Sequence record: DRR378314_405
Length of the DNA stretch: 64,000 nucleotides
Reading direction: 5' to 3' (one strand)
Part shown: piece by piece, positions 30,232 to 40,108 of the stretch
Layout: each line of letters starts with the position of its first letter
How positions within the stretch are numbered: the stretch's first letter is position 1
Notes under the pieces: generated by a model
Told to the model about the DNA's origin: nothing
Database searches by the model: none
The model's input: the letters and a program-made list of their open reading frames with translations, nothing else
Made by a program: the position numbers and the translations under genes

Positions 30232-31368
30232 TTATAGGCTGCGGCTGATAATTTCTTTCATAATTTCGTTAGTGCCCCCATAGATCCGCTGGACACGGGC
30301 ATCTGCATAGGCCCGGGCGACCCGGTACTCCCACATAAATCCATAGCCACCATGCAACTGCAGGCACTCATCAATCAGTTTATTCTCCAAATCCGAACAC
30401 CAGTATTTGGCCATGGCTGCCGTCTCAACGGATAAGTCACCGTCCAACAGCTTGGTTAGACAATCATCGACAAAGGTGCGGGCGATCGTGGCTTCTGTCT
30501 TCATTTCAGCAAGCTTGAACTTGGTATTCTGGAACTGGGCAATACTACGTCCAAAAGCAGTTCGCTCCTTGGTGTATTCAATTGTCTCATCCAAAATGGC
30601 TTCCATGGTTGCTGTCGCACCGATCGCTATCTGCAACCGCTCCCACGCCAGTTCCTGCATCAGGCAGAAGAAACCTTTACCTTCGCCGCCCAGAATTGCA
30701 CTTTCGGGCACGCGAACATCTTCAAAAAAGAGCTCCGCCGTATCCTGCGCTTTTAAGCCAAGTTTGTCCAAGTTTCGGCCCTTAGCAAAGCCCGGTGTAT
30801 CAGCATCCACAAGGAACAGGGTGGTTCCCTTGGCTCCGGCTTCCGGGTCGGTTTTTGCCACCACGATGACAACGTCACTCATATATCCGTTGGTAATGAA
30901 AGTTTTTGACCCGTTGATGACATAATGATCGCCATCCTTGATAGCCCGGGTTTTCACCCCTTGAAGGTCAGAGCCGGCGGCAGGTTCTGTCATGGCAATG
31001 GCACCGATCATTTCGCCGCTGGCCAATTTCGGCAAATATCTCTTTTTCTGTTCTTCCGTGCCATAATTCAAAATATAAGGGCCGACAATTTCCGAATGCA
31101 GACCGAAGCCAGGACCACTGGCACCTGCGCGGGCTTGCTCTTCCATCATGATGACACTGAACAGCTTATCAACACCAAGGCCGCCATACTCTTCGGGAAT
31201 GGTCATGCACAGAAGCCCCTGACGACCAGCTTCAAGCCATGCTTCCCGGCTCACTTGTCCGTCTTTTTCCCATTGGGAATGATGGGGGGTGATATGTTCC
31301 TCATAAAACTTGCGAACTGATTCCCGGAAAATGTTGTGTTCTTCATTGAAAATTTTTCTGGCAGCCAT
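30232..31368 (-). CDS. Long-chain-type acyl-CoA dehydrogenase
   Basis: AMTEPAAGSDLQ, LAWERL, RIYGGTNEIMK. Confidence 0.93.
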   Translation of the reverse strand: MAARKIFNEEHNIFRESVRKFYEEHITPHHSQWEKDGQVSREAWLEAGRQGLLCMTIPEEYGGLGVDKLFSVIMMEEQARAGASGPGFGLHSEIVGPYILNYGTEEQKKRYLPKLASGEMIGAIAMTEPAAGSDLQGVKTRAIKDGDHYVINGSKTFITNGYMSDVVIVVAKTDPEAGAKGTTLFLVDADTPGFAKGRNLDKLGLKAQDTAELFFEDVRVPESAILGGEGKGFFCLMQELAWERLQIAIGATATMEAILDETIEYTKERTAFGRSIAQFQNTKFKLAEMKTEATIARTFVDDCLTKLLDGDLSVETAAMAKYWCSDLENKLIDECLQLHGGYGFMWEYRVARAYADARVQRIYGGTNEIMKEIISRSL

Positions 31369-31413
31369 CTATTTTATCCCAACCCTTTGTTTTAAATATT
31401 ATTTTTAATCATT

Positions 31414-31430
31414 AATGACAATTTGTCATT
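31414..31430. promoter_or_regulatory. Palindromic operator candidate AATGACAA-T-TTGTCATT
   Basis: Perfect inverted repeat 45 bp upstream of the ACAD-thiolase-FadJ operon. Confidence 0.55.
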
Positions 31431-31463
31431 TTTTGACCGCAGAAAAACCGCGATCAATGAATA

Positions 31464-31493
31464 AGGCCATAACAGTCTTCACTATTATGGCCT
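31464..31493 (-). terminator. Hairpin after the 596-aa ACAD
   Basis: AGGCCATAA...TTATGGCCT. Confidence 0.5.
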
Positions 31494-31511
31494 CATCATC
31501 AAGTCCCGGTT

Positions 31512-33302
31512 TTAGAAAGCTTCCGCTTCCAGTTCCATCATAGTTTTTGAGCCTGCGGACATCTTCACCAGAAGTGAAGACACATCCGGGATCATCCGCT
31601 CAAAGAAAAAGCGGGCGGTCACCAGTTTCGTTTCATAAAACTGTTTATCCTCGGTCCCTTCGGCCAGTTTTGCCTTGGCGACTTTTGCCATTCGGGCCCA
31701 CATGAAACCCAGAGCGACAAGACCAAACATCCGCAGATATTCTGTCGAAGCCGCACCCGCCTCATCAGGATTTTTCATACCTTTTTCACCCAGCAGGGCT
31801 GTTCCCTGTTGCAACTTGGCAAAAGATTTTGCCAGCGGCATGACAAATTCCTGCAGATCAGCATTCATCATGTTTTCCTGAATAAACTCATCTACCGGAT
31901 GGAAGAACTGACGTAAAGATCGACCCATGTTAGACGGCAATTTCCGCCCCACCAGATCCAGTGCCTGAATCCCATTGGCACCTTCATAAATCTGGGTGAT
32001 ACGGGCATCACGAACAAACTGTTCCATACCCCATTCCCGGATATAGCCGTGACCGCCATAACATTGCATGGCTGTCGCAGCCAGCTCGAAGCCCATATCG
32101 GTGAAATAGGCTTTGATCACGGGTGTCAGCAATCCCAACGCATCATCCGCGTCGCGGCGGACTTCCGGATCAGGGTGCTTGTCAACCATATCAACCTGCA
32201 GTCCGGCCCATAGGCCCAGCGCCCGCGCGCCTTCGATAAACGCCCGGCAGGTCAACAGGTTCCGGCGAATATCCGGATGCACAATAATTGGATCGGCTGG
32301 TTTTTCCGGCGCTTTCACACCAGAAATCGAACGGCCCTGCAACCGGTCTTTGGAATATTCAACAGCGTTCTGATAGGCAACAACCGCCTGGGACAGTCCC
32401 TGAATACCCACGCCCAGACGCGCCGCATTCATCATGGTGAACATGGCCCGCATACCTTTATGGGCATCGCCCAGCAAATAGCCGGTGGCATCCTCATAAT
32501 TCATGACGCAGGTAGAATTGCCGTGAATACCCATTTTATGCTCGATCGAGCCACAGGTAACGCCATTGCGCTCCGCCGGGTTCTCATTTTCATCCAATGA
32601 GAATTTTGGCACGATGAACAGCGAGACGCCTTTAATACCATCAGGACCGCCCGGGATTTTGGCCAAAACCAAATGCACGATATTGTCAGCCATATCATGC
32701 TCGCCAGCTGAGATAAAAATCTTCGTGCCGGTAATTTTATAGCTGCCGTCTTCTTGCGGGACCGCTTTGGTGCGCATCAGCCCCAGATCCGTTCCGCAAT
32801 GAGGTTCGGTCAGGTTCATGGTTCCCGTCCATTCGCCGGTCACCATTTTTGGAAGCCACGTCTGTTTCTGCTCATCCGTGCCATGCTTATGAATAGCGGC
32901 ATAGGCCCCATGGGTCAGTCCCGGATACATGCCAAACGCCATATTGGCAGAGGACATCATTTCAGCCAGCGCAATTCCAACAACATGGGGCAAACCCTGT
33001 CCGCCATATTCCGGATCGGCATCAATACCCATCCAACCCGCTTCGCGATAGGCATCGAAGGCTTCCTTGAAACCGGTTGGGGTTTTCACCTCACCATTAT
33101 CCCAGGTACATCCTTCCGTGTCGCCAACCTGATTGAGAGGCTGAACGACCTCTTCCATCATTTTGGCACCTTCACTGAGAATGGCATCCACCATATCTGG
33201 CGTTGCATCCTCAAATCCAGGAAGGTTGGTCATGCTGTCCAGTCCCAACAACTCGTTGAGGACAAACTGGATATCCCTGACAGGAGCATTATAAATCGGC
33301 AT
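31512..33302 (-). CDS. Long-form acyl-CoA dehydrogenase (AcdH/DmdC-like, with C-terminal extension)
   Basis: [44 protein letters not shown]. Confidence 0.92.
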   Translation of the reverse strand: MPIYNAPVRDIQFVLNELLGLDSMTNLPGFEDATPDMVDAILSEGAKMMEEVVQPLNQVGDTEGCTWDNGEVKTPTGFKEAFDAYREAGWMGIDADPEYGGQGLPHVVGIALAEMMSSANMAFGMYPGLTHGAYAAIHKHGTDEQKQTWLPKMVTGEWTGTMNLTEPHCGTDLGLMRTKAVPQEDGSYKITGTKIFISAGEHDMADNIVHLVLAKIPGGPDGIKGVSLFIVPKFSLDENENPAERNGVTCGSIEHKMGIHGNSTCVMNYEDATGYLLGDAHKGMRAMFTMMNAARLGVGIQGLSQAVVAYQNAVEYSKDRLQGRSISGVKAPEKPADPIIVHPDIRRNLLTCRAFIEGARALGLWAGLQVDMVDKHPDPEVRRDADDALGLLTPVIKAYFTDMGFELAATAMQCYGGHGYIREWGMEQFVRDARITQIYEGANGIQALDLVGRKLPSNMGRSLRQFFHPVDEFIQENMMNADLQEFVMPLAKSFAKLQQGTALLGEKGMKNPDEAGAASTEYLRMFGLVALGFMWARMAKVAKAKLAEGTEDKQFYETKLVTARFFFERMIPDVSSLLVKMSAGSKTMMELEAEAF

Positions 33303-33314
33303 TTCAAACCTCCC

Positions 33315-35648
33315 TTAATTTCGAAGCGGCTTACCGGTGGTGAGCATATGCTCAATCCGGTCAAGCGTTTTGGTGTTGTGCAGCAAATTCATGAAGCCTT
33401 CCTGCTCCAATTGCAGCATTTTCTTTTCTGTAATTGGCTGCGTTATATCCGTATCACCACCAGACAGAACCCGGCCGACCTCAGCGCCGACAACGGCATC
33501 ATAGGGCGTGGCCCGGCCCATCGTGACAAACCCCTGAACCGCCATATCAAACGCGGCAGCAGCGGTTGGTCCCGGCAGGTTAATTTCAACCTGCTCTGGC
33601 GGGGCATACCCTTCGACCATGGAAAGTGCTCTGGCTTTGGCGTCGGCCAAAACGCGCTTTCTATTCATAGTGACGGCATCGCCGTCCCGCAGGATATGCA
33701 TGTCCCTGGCTTCGGCAGCACTTGTTGCCACTTTGGCCGTGGAAATATTTTCAAATACGGCTGCCAATGCTGGCATCGCGCCGCCAGGACGCTTCTTGTT
33801 GGTCATCGCACGGAACACAAGTTCCTTACATCCGCCAAAACCGGGCAGGACGCCGACACCCACTTCAACAAGTCCCATATAACTTTCGGCATGGGCCTGA
33901 ACCGTATCGGCGGCAAGGACAATTTCACAGCCCCCACCAAGGGCCATGCCTGCTGGTGCAGCGACAACCGGGAACGGAGCGTATTTGAGCTTCATTAGTG
34001 CGTTTTGACCTTCACTAATGGAGTTTTCAATCACTGGCCACATGGCCGCATTCGCCGCGAACAAAACGACACCCACATTGGCACCAACGGAGAAATTATC
34101 CGCATCATTTCCAATGACCAGTGCCTTGAACCCTTTTTTGTCCAATTTCGCGCATTGCTGCAGCATGGTCACCACATCCTGATCGATGCTGTTCATCTTG
34201 GTATGGATCTCAAGACAGGCGACCCCGTCTCCCAGATCCCAGATGCTGGCACCTTTGTTGGACATGACCGGCTCATTCCCGCGTTTAATGTCAGCCAACA
34301 TCCATGCGCCTTCCGCGACAGGAACCTTGGCATATTCACCTTCAACGGTCATATAGAAAGCGTCCGATCCCTCTTCTTTATAAAGAGGGCGATCGCCCAC
34401 TTTTTTCAGAAATTCAGGAACTTCTTTGCCTTCGGCCGCCAAACGGTCGATGAAATACTGATTGCCAAGCTGGTCCAATTGCTGGAACGGTCCATATTTC
34501 CAGGCGTAGCCTGTCTTCATGGCGCTATCGATGGCCATAATATCGTCCGAAATCTCGCCAACCAGGCTTGCCGCATAGCTGATCACTTTGGATAAGATCG
34601 CCCATGCATATTGTCCGCCAACATCGTCAAATTCAACAAGGGCCTGCAGACCTTTTCGGGCCGCTTTGACAGAACCAAGTTGCGGCTTTTGCGCTGTTGC
34701 ATATTCACCGGTTTTCAGATTTCGGGCTTCTTTGACTTTTCGGCCACCCTCCTTGTTCATCCGGTAGAAGCCACCTTTGCCTTTTCGGCCGGTATATCCC
34801 TCGTCGATCATCTGCGAAATGGTGCTGACCATCGGATGGCTTTCATCATATTCCTGGCAGAACGGATCACTGGCTGGCAACTCGCTGAGCATGGACGCAT
34901 TGACTTTCGGTCCAAGGTCGATACCCGTCAGATCACCCAGTCCAAAAATACCGGTTGAAGGAATGCCCATGGGCTTGCCGCAAACGGCGTCTGCTTCTTC
35001 AACGGTCATATCCAGATCAAAGGCAGATTTAATCGCAACAAAAGACCAATAAATCCCGATCCGGTTGCCGATAAAACCAGGAGTATCGAAGCAATCGATT
35101 ACTTCCTTACCAAGTGCGACATCCGCAAACTGGCGAAGATCGGTAATGGCCTCGTTCCGCGTATGCGTTCCTTTAACCAATTCAAAAAGGCGCATATAGC
35201 GCGGCGGATTAAAGAAATGGGTGATGGCAAAGTCTTTTTGCAGACTTTCAGGCATTCCATCCATCAAGGTCTTTAGCGGAATTGTTGAGGTGTTCGATGT
35301 GACGATCGAGCCGGGCTTTCGCACGGCATCCAGTTTCTTGTATAGATCCTGCTTCAGATCGGTCCGCTCGATAATCGCTTCGCAAATCCAGTCACAATCT
35401 GCAACCATATCCAGGTTGTCTTCCAGATTGCCGGTTGCAACCAGCTTGGCATTCCGTTTGTGCATAAACGGGGCCGGCTTGGTTTTCAGCATCTTGGCCA
35501 CTGCCCCTTCAGCAAGGGCGTTGCGATTATCTGCACCTTCTGGAACAATATCCAGCAGGACGGCCTGATACCCTGCATTGGCGACATGGGCGGCGATCGC
35601 TGCGCCCATGACACCGGCACCGATGACGGCTACCTTTTCAATGGCCAT
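33315..35648 (-). CDS. FadN-type 3-hydroxyacyl-CoA dehydrogenase/enoyl-CoA hydratase
   Basis: N-terminal GAGVMG, SNTSTIP, HFFNPPRY; C-terminal crotonase FSVGAN, ALGGGCE. Confidence 0.92.
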   Translation of the reverse strand: MAIEKVAVIGAGVMGAAIAAHVANAGYQAVLLDIVPEGADNRNALAEGAVAKMLKTKPAPFMHKRNAKLVATGNLEDNLDMVADCDWICEAIIERTDLKQDLYKKLDAVRKPGSIVTSNTSTIPLKTLMDGMPESLQKDFAITHFFNPPRYMRLFELVKGTHTRNEAITDLRQFADVALGKEVIDCFDTPGFIGNRIGIYWSFVAIKSAFDLDMTVEEADAVCGKPMGIPSTGIFGLGDLTGIDLGPKVNASMLSELPASDPFCQEYDESHPMVSTISQMIDEGYTGRKGKGGFYRMNKEGGRKVKEARNLKTGEYATAQKPQLGSVKAARKGLQALVEFDDVGGQYAWAILSKVISYAASLVGEISDDIMAIDSAMKTGYAWKYGPFQQLDQLGNQYFIDRLAAEGKEVPEFLKKVGDRPLYKEEGSDAFYMTVEGEYAKVPVAEGAWMLADIKRGNEPVMSNKGASIWDLGDGVACLEIHTKMNSIDQDVVTMLQQCAKLDKKGFKALVIGNDADNFSVGANVGVVLFAANAAMWPVIENSISEGQNALMKLKYAPFPVVAAPAGMALGGGCEIVLAADTVQAHAESYMGLVEVGVGVLPGFGGCKELVFRAMTNKKRPGGAMPALAAVFENISTAKVATSAAEARDMHILRDGDAVTMNRKRVLADAKARALSMVEGYAPPEQVEINLPGPTAAAAFDMAVQGFVTMGRATPYDAVVGAEVGRVLSGGDTDITQPITEKKMLQLEQEGFMNLLHNTKTLDRIEHMLTTGKPLRN

Positions 35649-35650
35649 GA

Positions 35651-36787
35651 TTAGCAAGCCTCCAGAACAGTTGCGATCCCCTGACCACCACCAATACACT
35701 GTGTTGCCAGACCCAGGGATTTACCCTCGCGCTGCAACAAACTCGCAACCTTGCCGGTGATCCGGGCACCTGTTGCGCCCATTGGATGACCAAGCGCAAT
35801 GGCGCCGCCATCAAGGTTGGTATTGTCGTAAGACATGCCAGCCTCTTTCAGAACAGCAATTGACTGCGCAGCAAAGGCTTCATTCAACTCAATAATATCG
35901 ATATCTTTCAACGTAAGGCCCGCACGCTTCAACGCTTTTTCCGTTGCCGGAACTGGTCCAATACCCATAATTTCTGGTGCGCAGCCCGCAACAGCAATCG
36001 ATTTAATCCGCGCCATTTTCGTTAGGCCGTTCGCATCTGCATACTCTTCGGAGCAAATCAAGGTCACAGACGCCCCATCGGTAAGCGGCGATGACGTCGC
36101 TGCCGTTACGGATCCCGCCTCGTCAAACGCTGGCTTCAAACCGGCCAGGGTTTCCATGGTCGTCTCCGGACGAATACATCCATCCTGCTCGACCCGAATA
36201 TTGCCATCGACAATCGGAACAATTTCATCGGCGAATTTGCCAGCTTCGCGCGCTTTCGCTGCACGGGCATGGCTTTCAACCGCCATCTCTTCCTGCTCTT
36301 GACGGGAAATGTTATACTGTTTTGCCAGATTTTCTGCGGTAATCCCCATGGAGACATATGCCTCTGGATACTCTTTATACAGACGGGGATGCGGCGCAGG
36401 ATTGAAACCGCCCATCGGAACGCGAGTCATGCTTTCAATACCACCGCAAATAAACACATCACCGGCACCCATCTGAATGGCACCCGACGCCATATGAATA
36501 GCCTGCATGGATGATCCACAGAACCGGTTGACGGTCGTTGCTGCCGCTGATTTGGGAATGCCCGCCAAAAAGCTGATAATCCGGGCAACGTTCAACCCCT
36601 GCTCGGCTTCCGGGAAGGCGCTGCCGATAATCACATCTTCAATGTCCTCAACATTCACACCGCTGTCTTTTAAAAGACCTTTGACAACCTGCGCCGTCAA
36701 CTCATCGGGACGAACCTTGATCAGCTCACCTTTATTGGCAAGCGTGAAGGGAGAGCGTTTATACCCTGCAATGACCACGTTCTTCAT
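35651..36787 (-). CDS. Thiolase (acetyl-CoA acyltransferase)
   Basis: NRFCGSS, NEAFA, GHPMGATG, QCIGGGQG. Confidence 0.95.
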   Translation of the reverse strand: MKNVVIAGYKRSPFTLANKGELIKVRPDELTAQVVKGLLKDSGVNVEDIEDVIIGSAFPEAEQGLNVARIISFLAGIPKSAAATTVNRFCGSSMQAIHMASGAIQMGAGDVFICGGIESMTRVPMGGFNPAPHPRLYKEYPEAYVSMGITAENLAKQYNISRQEQEEMAVESHARAAKAREAGKFADEIVPIVDGNIRVEQDGCIRPETTMETLAGLKPAFDEAGSVTAATSSPLTDGASVTLICSEEYADANGLTKMARIKSIAVAGCAPEIMGIGPVPATEKALKRAGLTLKDIDIIELNEAFAAQSIAVLKEAGMSYDNTNLDGGAIALGHPMGATGARITGKVASLLQREGKSLGLATQCIGGGQGIATVLEAC

Positions 36788-36903
36788 GATCTAAATTCCT
36801 TTCCAATATCAGCCTGCTTCCTTGATGTCAGGCGGAGGGGTTTTATCGAATTATGCAAAATGGACACCTGACCACCAGGCTCCATGATGAACTACAAATT
36901 AAG

Positions 36904-37320
36904 TTATGCGAGTTTCTTCTTCGGAGCCTTAGTAAGGCATGTGTTCTGCGCCATGAAGTTTTCAAGCTCTGAAATTCCGTCTTCCAGCTCGAGGATGGCA
37001 TCGTTAATGTCTTTACGCTGGATAACAAGCTTGTCCAGCTGCTCCTTACATTTGTTCAATGTGTAGGTGAGTTGCTCCTGGGAAACGCCTTGGGCGGGAT
37101 CATACAGATCAATCATTTTCTTGATTTCCTGCAGGCTAAAGCCAAGTCGGCGCCCTCGTAAAATCAGTTTTAACCGCCCACGATCTCCCCGCGAATAAAC
37201 TCGGGTCAAACCTTCTCGAACAGGGGAAATCAAACCCTTGTCTTCATAAAACCGGATTGTTCGGGAAGTCACCTCAAACTCTTCAGCGAGGTCTGTAATT
37301 GAATACCGTTCTTTTTCCAT
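36904..37320 (-). CDS. liuR: MerR-family regulator, LiuR-like
   Basis: YSITDLAEEFEVTSRTIRFYEDKGL, RLKLILRGRRLGFSL; upstream LiuR-type palindromes. Confidence 0.82.
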   Translation of the reverse strand: MEKERYSITDLAEEFEVTSRTIRFYEDKGLISPVREGLTRVYSRGDRGRLKLILRGRRLGFSLQEIKKMIDLYDPAQGVSQEQLTYTLNKCKEQLDKLVIQRKDINDAILELEDGISELENFMAQNTCLTKAPKKKLA

Positions 37321-37355
37321 TCCATCTCCCAAAAGAATGTCACTGGGTAGACAAT

Positions 37356-37386
37356 GTTATAGTTGACGTTTACGTAAACGTCAACT
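37356..37386 (-). promoter_or_regulatory. liuR promoter with perfect 26-bp operator AGTTGACGTTTACGTAAACGTCAACT
   Basis: Minus strand TTGACG-17 bp-TATAAC with the palindrome across -35 and spacer. Confidence 0.85.
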
Positions 37387-37390
37387 CCCC

Positions 37391-37406
37391 TTTACGTTAA
37401 CGTAAA
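37391..37406. promoter_or_regulatory. Second LiuR-type operator TTTACGTTAACGTAAA
   Basis: Perfect 16-bp palindrome 4 bp from the first. Confidence 0.75.
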
Positions 37407-37503
37407 AAAATTTACATTAACTCATACTAACACGTGCAAAATTTGAAAAAATTAGGTATATATTCGCCGTTACCATTTTATCAAAGCAGTAAAAGGTGAG
37501 TAA

Positions 37504-37836
37504 TTGTCGGACAAAATTGCAACCTATAAAGAATTTTGGCCTTACTATTTGCAGGAGCATTCGAAACCGTTTTGCCGGTGGCTCCATTATGGAGGGACAA
37601 CTCTCTCCCTTATTCTACTCACCCTATTCGTCATCACGCAACATCCACTTTATTTGGCTTTAGGATTTGTTTGTGGTTACGGGCCAGCTTGGATTGGACA
37701 TCTTTTTGTCGAAAAGAACCGGCCCGCAACCTTCAAGTATCCCTTATGGTCACTCATAAGTGATTTCCGCATGTATTTTTTATGGCTAAACGGAAATCTG
37801 GATCGCCAATTAAAACTCAGTACCGTCAAGGAGTGA
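37504..37836 (+). CDS. DUF962/Mpo1-like membrane protein
   Basis: FWPYYLQEH...[30 protein letters not shown] start. Confidence 0.85.
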   Translation: MSDKIATYKEFWPYYLQEHSKPFCRWLHYGGTTLSLILLTLFVITQHPLYLALGFVCGYGPAWIGHLFVEKNRPATFKYPLWSLISDFRMYFLWLNGNLDRQLKLSTVKE

Positions 37837-37875
37837 CAACTGACTTATTTGTAATGCCTTCGGGGGGAGGTAACT

Positions 37876-38190
37876 ATGATCAATACAGCAGTGAAAATTG
37901 AGAAAGATTTTACAAATCTTTCAGACTACCTATACAGAGCCAGCAAAATTCTGAAGTCCCTGAGTAACCAGCGACGGCTGGAAATTCTCACCTGTCTGTC
38001 TGAGCAGGAACTGTCAGTTGGTGAACTTGAAAAGAAAATCAAAATCAGCCAGTCGGCCCTTTCCCAGCATTTGGGCAGGCTTCGACGTGATGAAATTGTC
38101 ACAACTCGAAGGGAGGCTCAGACGATTTACTATTCCCTTTATGACGATAAGATCCTGAATTTGCTGAAATCAGTTCGGTTAGCCGCGTAA
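37876..38190 (+). CDS. ArsR/SmtB family regulator (HlyU/NolR-like)
   Basis: LKSLSN..RL.IL, SVGEL, SQSALSQHL..LR...V.TRREAQTIYYSL; GGAGG RBS. Confidence 0.9.
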   Translation: MINTAVKIEKDFTNLSDYLYRASKILKSLSNQRRLEILTCLSEQELSVGELEKKIKISQSALSQHLGRLRRDEIVTTRREAQTIYYSLYDDKILNLLKSVRLAA

Positions 38191-38312
38191 GGTATTGGTT
38201 TTTCGTTAAAAATCCAATTTTCCGTCAAGACTGAGTTACATTTATCGTCAAATTGGTATATTAAGTATAAGTTTCTTCAAACCACGCCAATTTGATTCAG
38301 GACTGAAGCTAA

Positions 38313-39236
38313 ATGCCAGTTTATCTACCCATTGCCGAGATTTCAGTGAATTTATTTCTGATCTTGGGCATGGGCGGAGCGGTTGGCCTGTTGTCGGGCA
38401 TGTTTGGGGTTGGCGGTGGGTTTTTGATGACACCGCTGCTGATCTTTACCGGCATCCCGCCCGCAGTGGCCGTGGCCACTGGCGCGAACCAGCTTGTCGC
38501 CGCCAGCGTATCTGGCGTTATTGCCCATTGGCGGCGTGGCAACGTTGACTTCAAAATGGGGACCGTTTTGCTGGTTGGCGGCTTGTTCGGCTCCGCCCTC
38601 GGCACCTGGATTTTTGCCATTCTGAAAACCGCAGGGCAGGTGGATCTGTTAATTTCACTGTCCTACGTGCTCTTTCTCGGTGTCATCGGCGGGCTGATGT
38701 TTGTGGAAAGTATCGGCGCGATTATCAAAAGCAAGCGCGGTACGACTAAACGCAAAAAACTGCATCAGCATTATTGGATCCACGGCCTTCCGTTCAAAAT
38801 GCGGTTTCGAAAGTCCAAGCTCTATATCAGCGCCCTGTTACCCCTGACGCTAGGCTTTTTTGTCGGTATTTTGTCCGCCATCATGGGGGTTGGGGGCGGC
38901 TTTATCATGGTGCCGGCCATGATCTATCTGATGGGCATGCCGACAACTGTGGTCATTGGCACGTCTTTGTTCCAGATTATTTTTGTGACTGCCAATGTCA
39001 CCTTTCTTCATTCAGCCACAACCCAAACCGTGGACGTTCTACTGGCGTTGCTGCTGATGAGCAGCGCGGTGGTCGGCGCCCAGATCGGAACACGCATCGG
39101 CTCCCGTATGAAGGGGGAACAGCTGAGATCCTTTCTGGCCATTATGGTGCTTCTGGTTTGCGGAAAACTGGCGCTTGATCTGGTGCTAACGCCCGATGAC
39201 CTCTTTAGCTTCATCATTTTGCAGGGAGAGAAATAG
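38313..39236 (+). CDS. Sulfite exporter TauE/SafE (TSUP) family transporter
   Basis: Duplicated G..G.GGGF...P motifs; many TM segments. Confidence 0.9.
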   Translation: MPVYLPIAEISVNLFLILGMGGAVGLLSGMFGVGGGFLMTPLLIFTGIPPAVAVATGANQLVAASVSGVIAHWRRGNVDFKMGTVLLVGGLFGSALGTWIFAILKTAGQVDLLISLSYVLFLGVIGGLMFVESIGAIIKSKRGTTKRKKLHQHYWIHGLPFKMRFRKSKLYISALLPLTLGFFVGILSAIMGVGGGFIMVPAMIYLMGMPTTVVIGTSLFQIIFVTANVTFLHSATTQTVDVLLALLLMSSAVVGAQIGTRIGSRMKGEQLRSFLAIMVLLVCGKLALDLVLTPDDLFSFIILQGEK

Positions 39237-39238
39237 AC

Positions 39239-40006
39239 ATGCGCCGTCCTCTTTTTCTCATCCTGATCCTGCTGGCCAATTCTGTTTTTTTGAGCACAAG
39301 CGCCAAAGCCAATAATACGCTGGTTACAGATATTTCCTCCCATTTGATTTCGGTCACCTCCGACTTCACCGGAACAGATCTGCTGCTTTTCGGCTCCATT
39401 CAGTCATCGGCCGATTATGACCTGTCCAAACCCGGTGATATCATTGTCGTGGTTCGCGGCCCACACCGAGATGTCATGGTCCGCAAGAAAGAGCGCATTC
39501 TGGGCGTATGGGCAAATACGCAATCTGTATCGCTGGCGCATGTTCCCGGGTTTTACGCAATCGCCAGCAATAAACCGCTGGAGGAAATCACAGATCCGGC
39601 AACATTGGGTCGCTTGCGAATTGGAAAAGACAACCTTGGCATCGTGGAAAAAACATCCAACCAACCTTTGAGGGACTATATCGCGTCTGTGATCCGGCAG
39701 AATACGCAAAGCGCCCTTTATTCCTATAATGATGCGGCAGTCCTCTTTTTGGGGAGTTCGCTTTTTCGAACCTCCGTTCACTTTCCGGCGAACGTACCTG
39801 TGGGAAATTACATAGCCGAAGTCTATTTATTCCTCAACGGCGAGCTGATCAGCGCACAGACATCCCCTCTGTTCATCAAAAAATTTGGTATTGGCCGGCG
39901 GATTTTTGAATTTGCCAACACATACCCCTATATACATGGAATAGCCGCTATTCTGATCTCTCTCGCGGCGGGCTGGATCGCTTCAGCACTGTTTCGAAAA
40001 GACTAG
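39239..40006 (+). CDS. TIGR02186-like conserved alphaproteobacterial membrane protein
   Basis: FTGTDLLLFG, VRKKER..G.W.N, LFRT...PAN.P.G.Y; C-terminal TM; follows TauE. Confidence 0.82.
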   Translation: MRRPLFLILILLANSVFLSTSAKANNTLVTDISSHLISVTSDFTGTDLLLFGSIQSSADYDLSKPGDIIVVVRGPHRDVMVRKKERILGVWANTQSVSLAHVPGFYAIASNKPLEEITDPATLGRLRIGKDNLGIVEKTSNQPLRDYIASVIRQNTQSALYSYNDAAVLFLGSSLFRTSVHFPANVPVGNYIAEVYLFLNGELISAQTSPLFIKKFGIGRRIFEFANTYPYIHGIAAILISLAAGWIASALFRKD

Positions 40007-40108
40007 GATTTATATTTTCCTTTTTGTTTGCTTTCAAATAAACTGGTCAAACACGCTCAGAAATAAAACCAGTTGGTTCAAACCAACAAAAACAATAAGG
40101 GATCCTTC

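Noticed and set aside
32754-33998. 414-aa plus-strand ORF
   Set aside because: Antisense shadow of the ACAD and FadN genes; no recognisable motifs
36853-36870. Possible sigma54 site (GG-N10-GC) upstream of the thiolase
   Set aside because: Poor match to TGGCAC at -24; no enhancer-binding protein nearby
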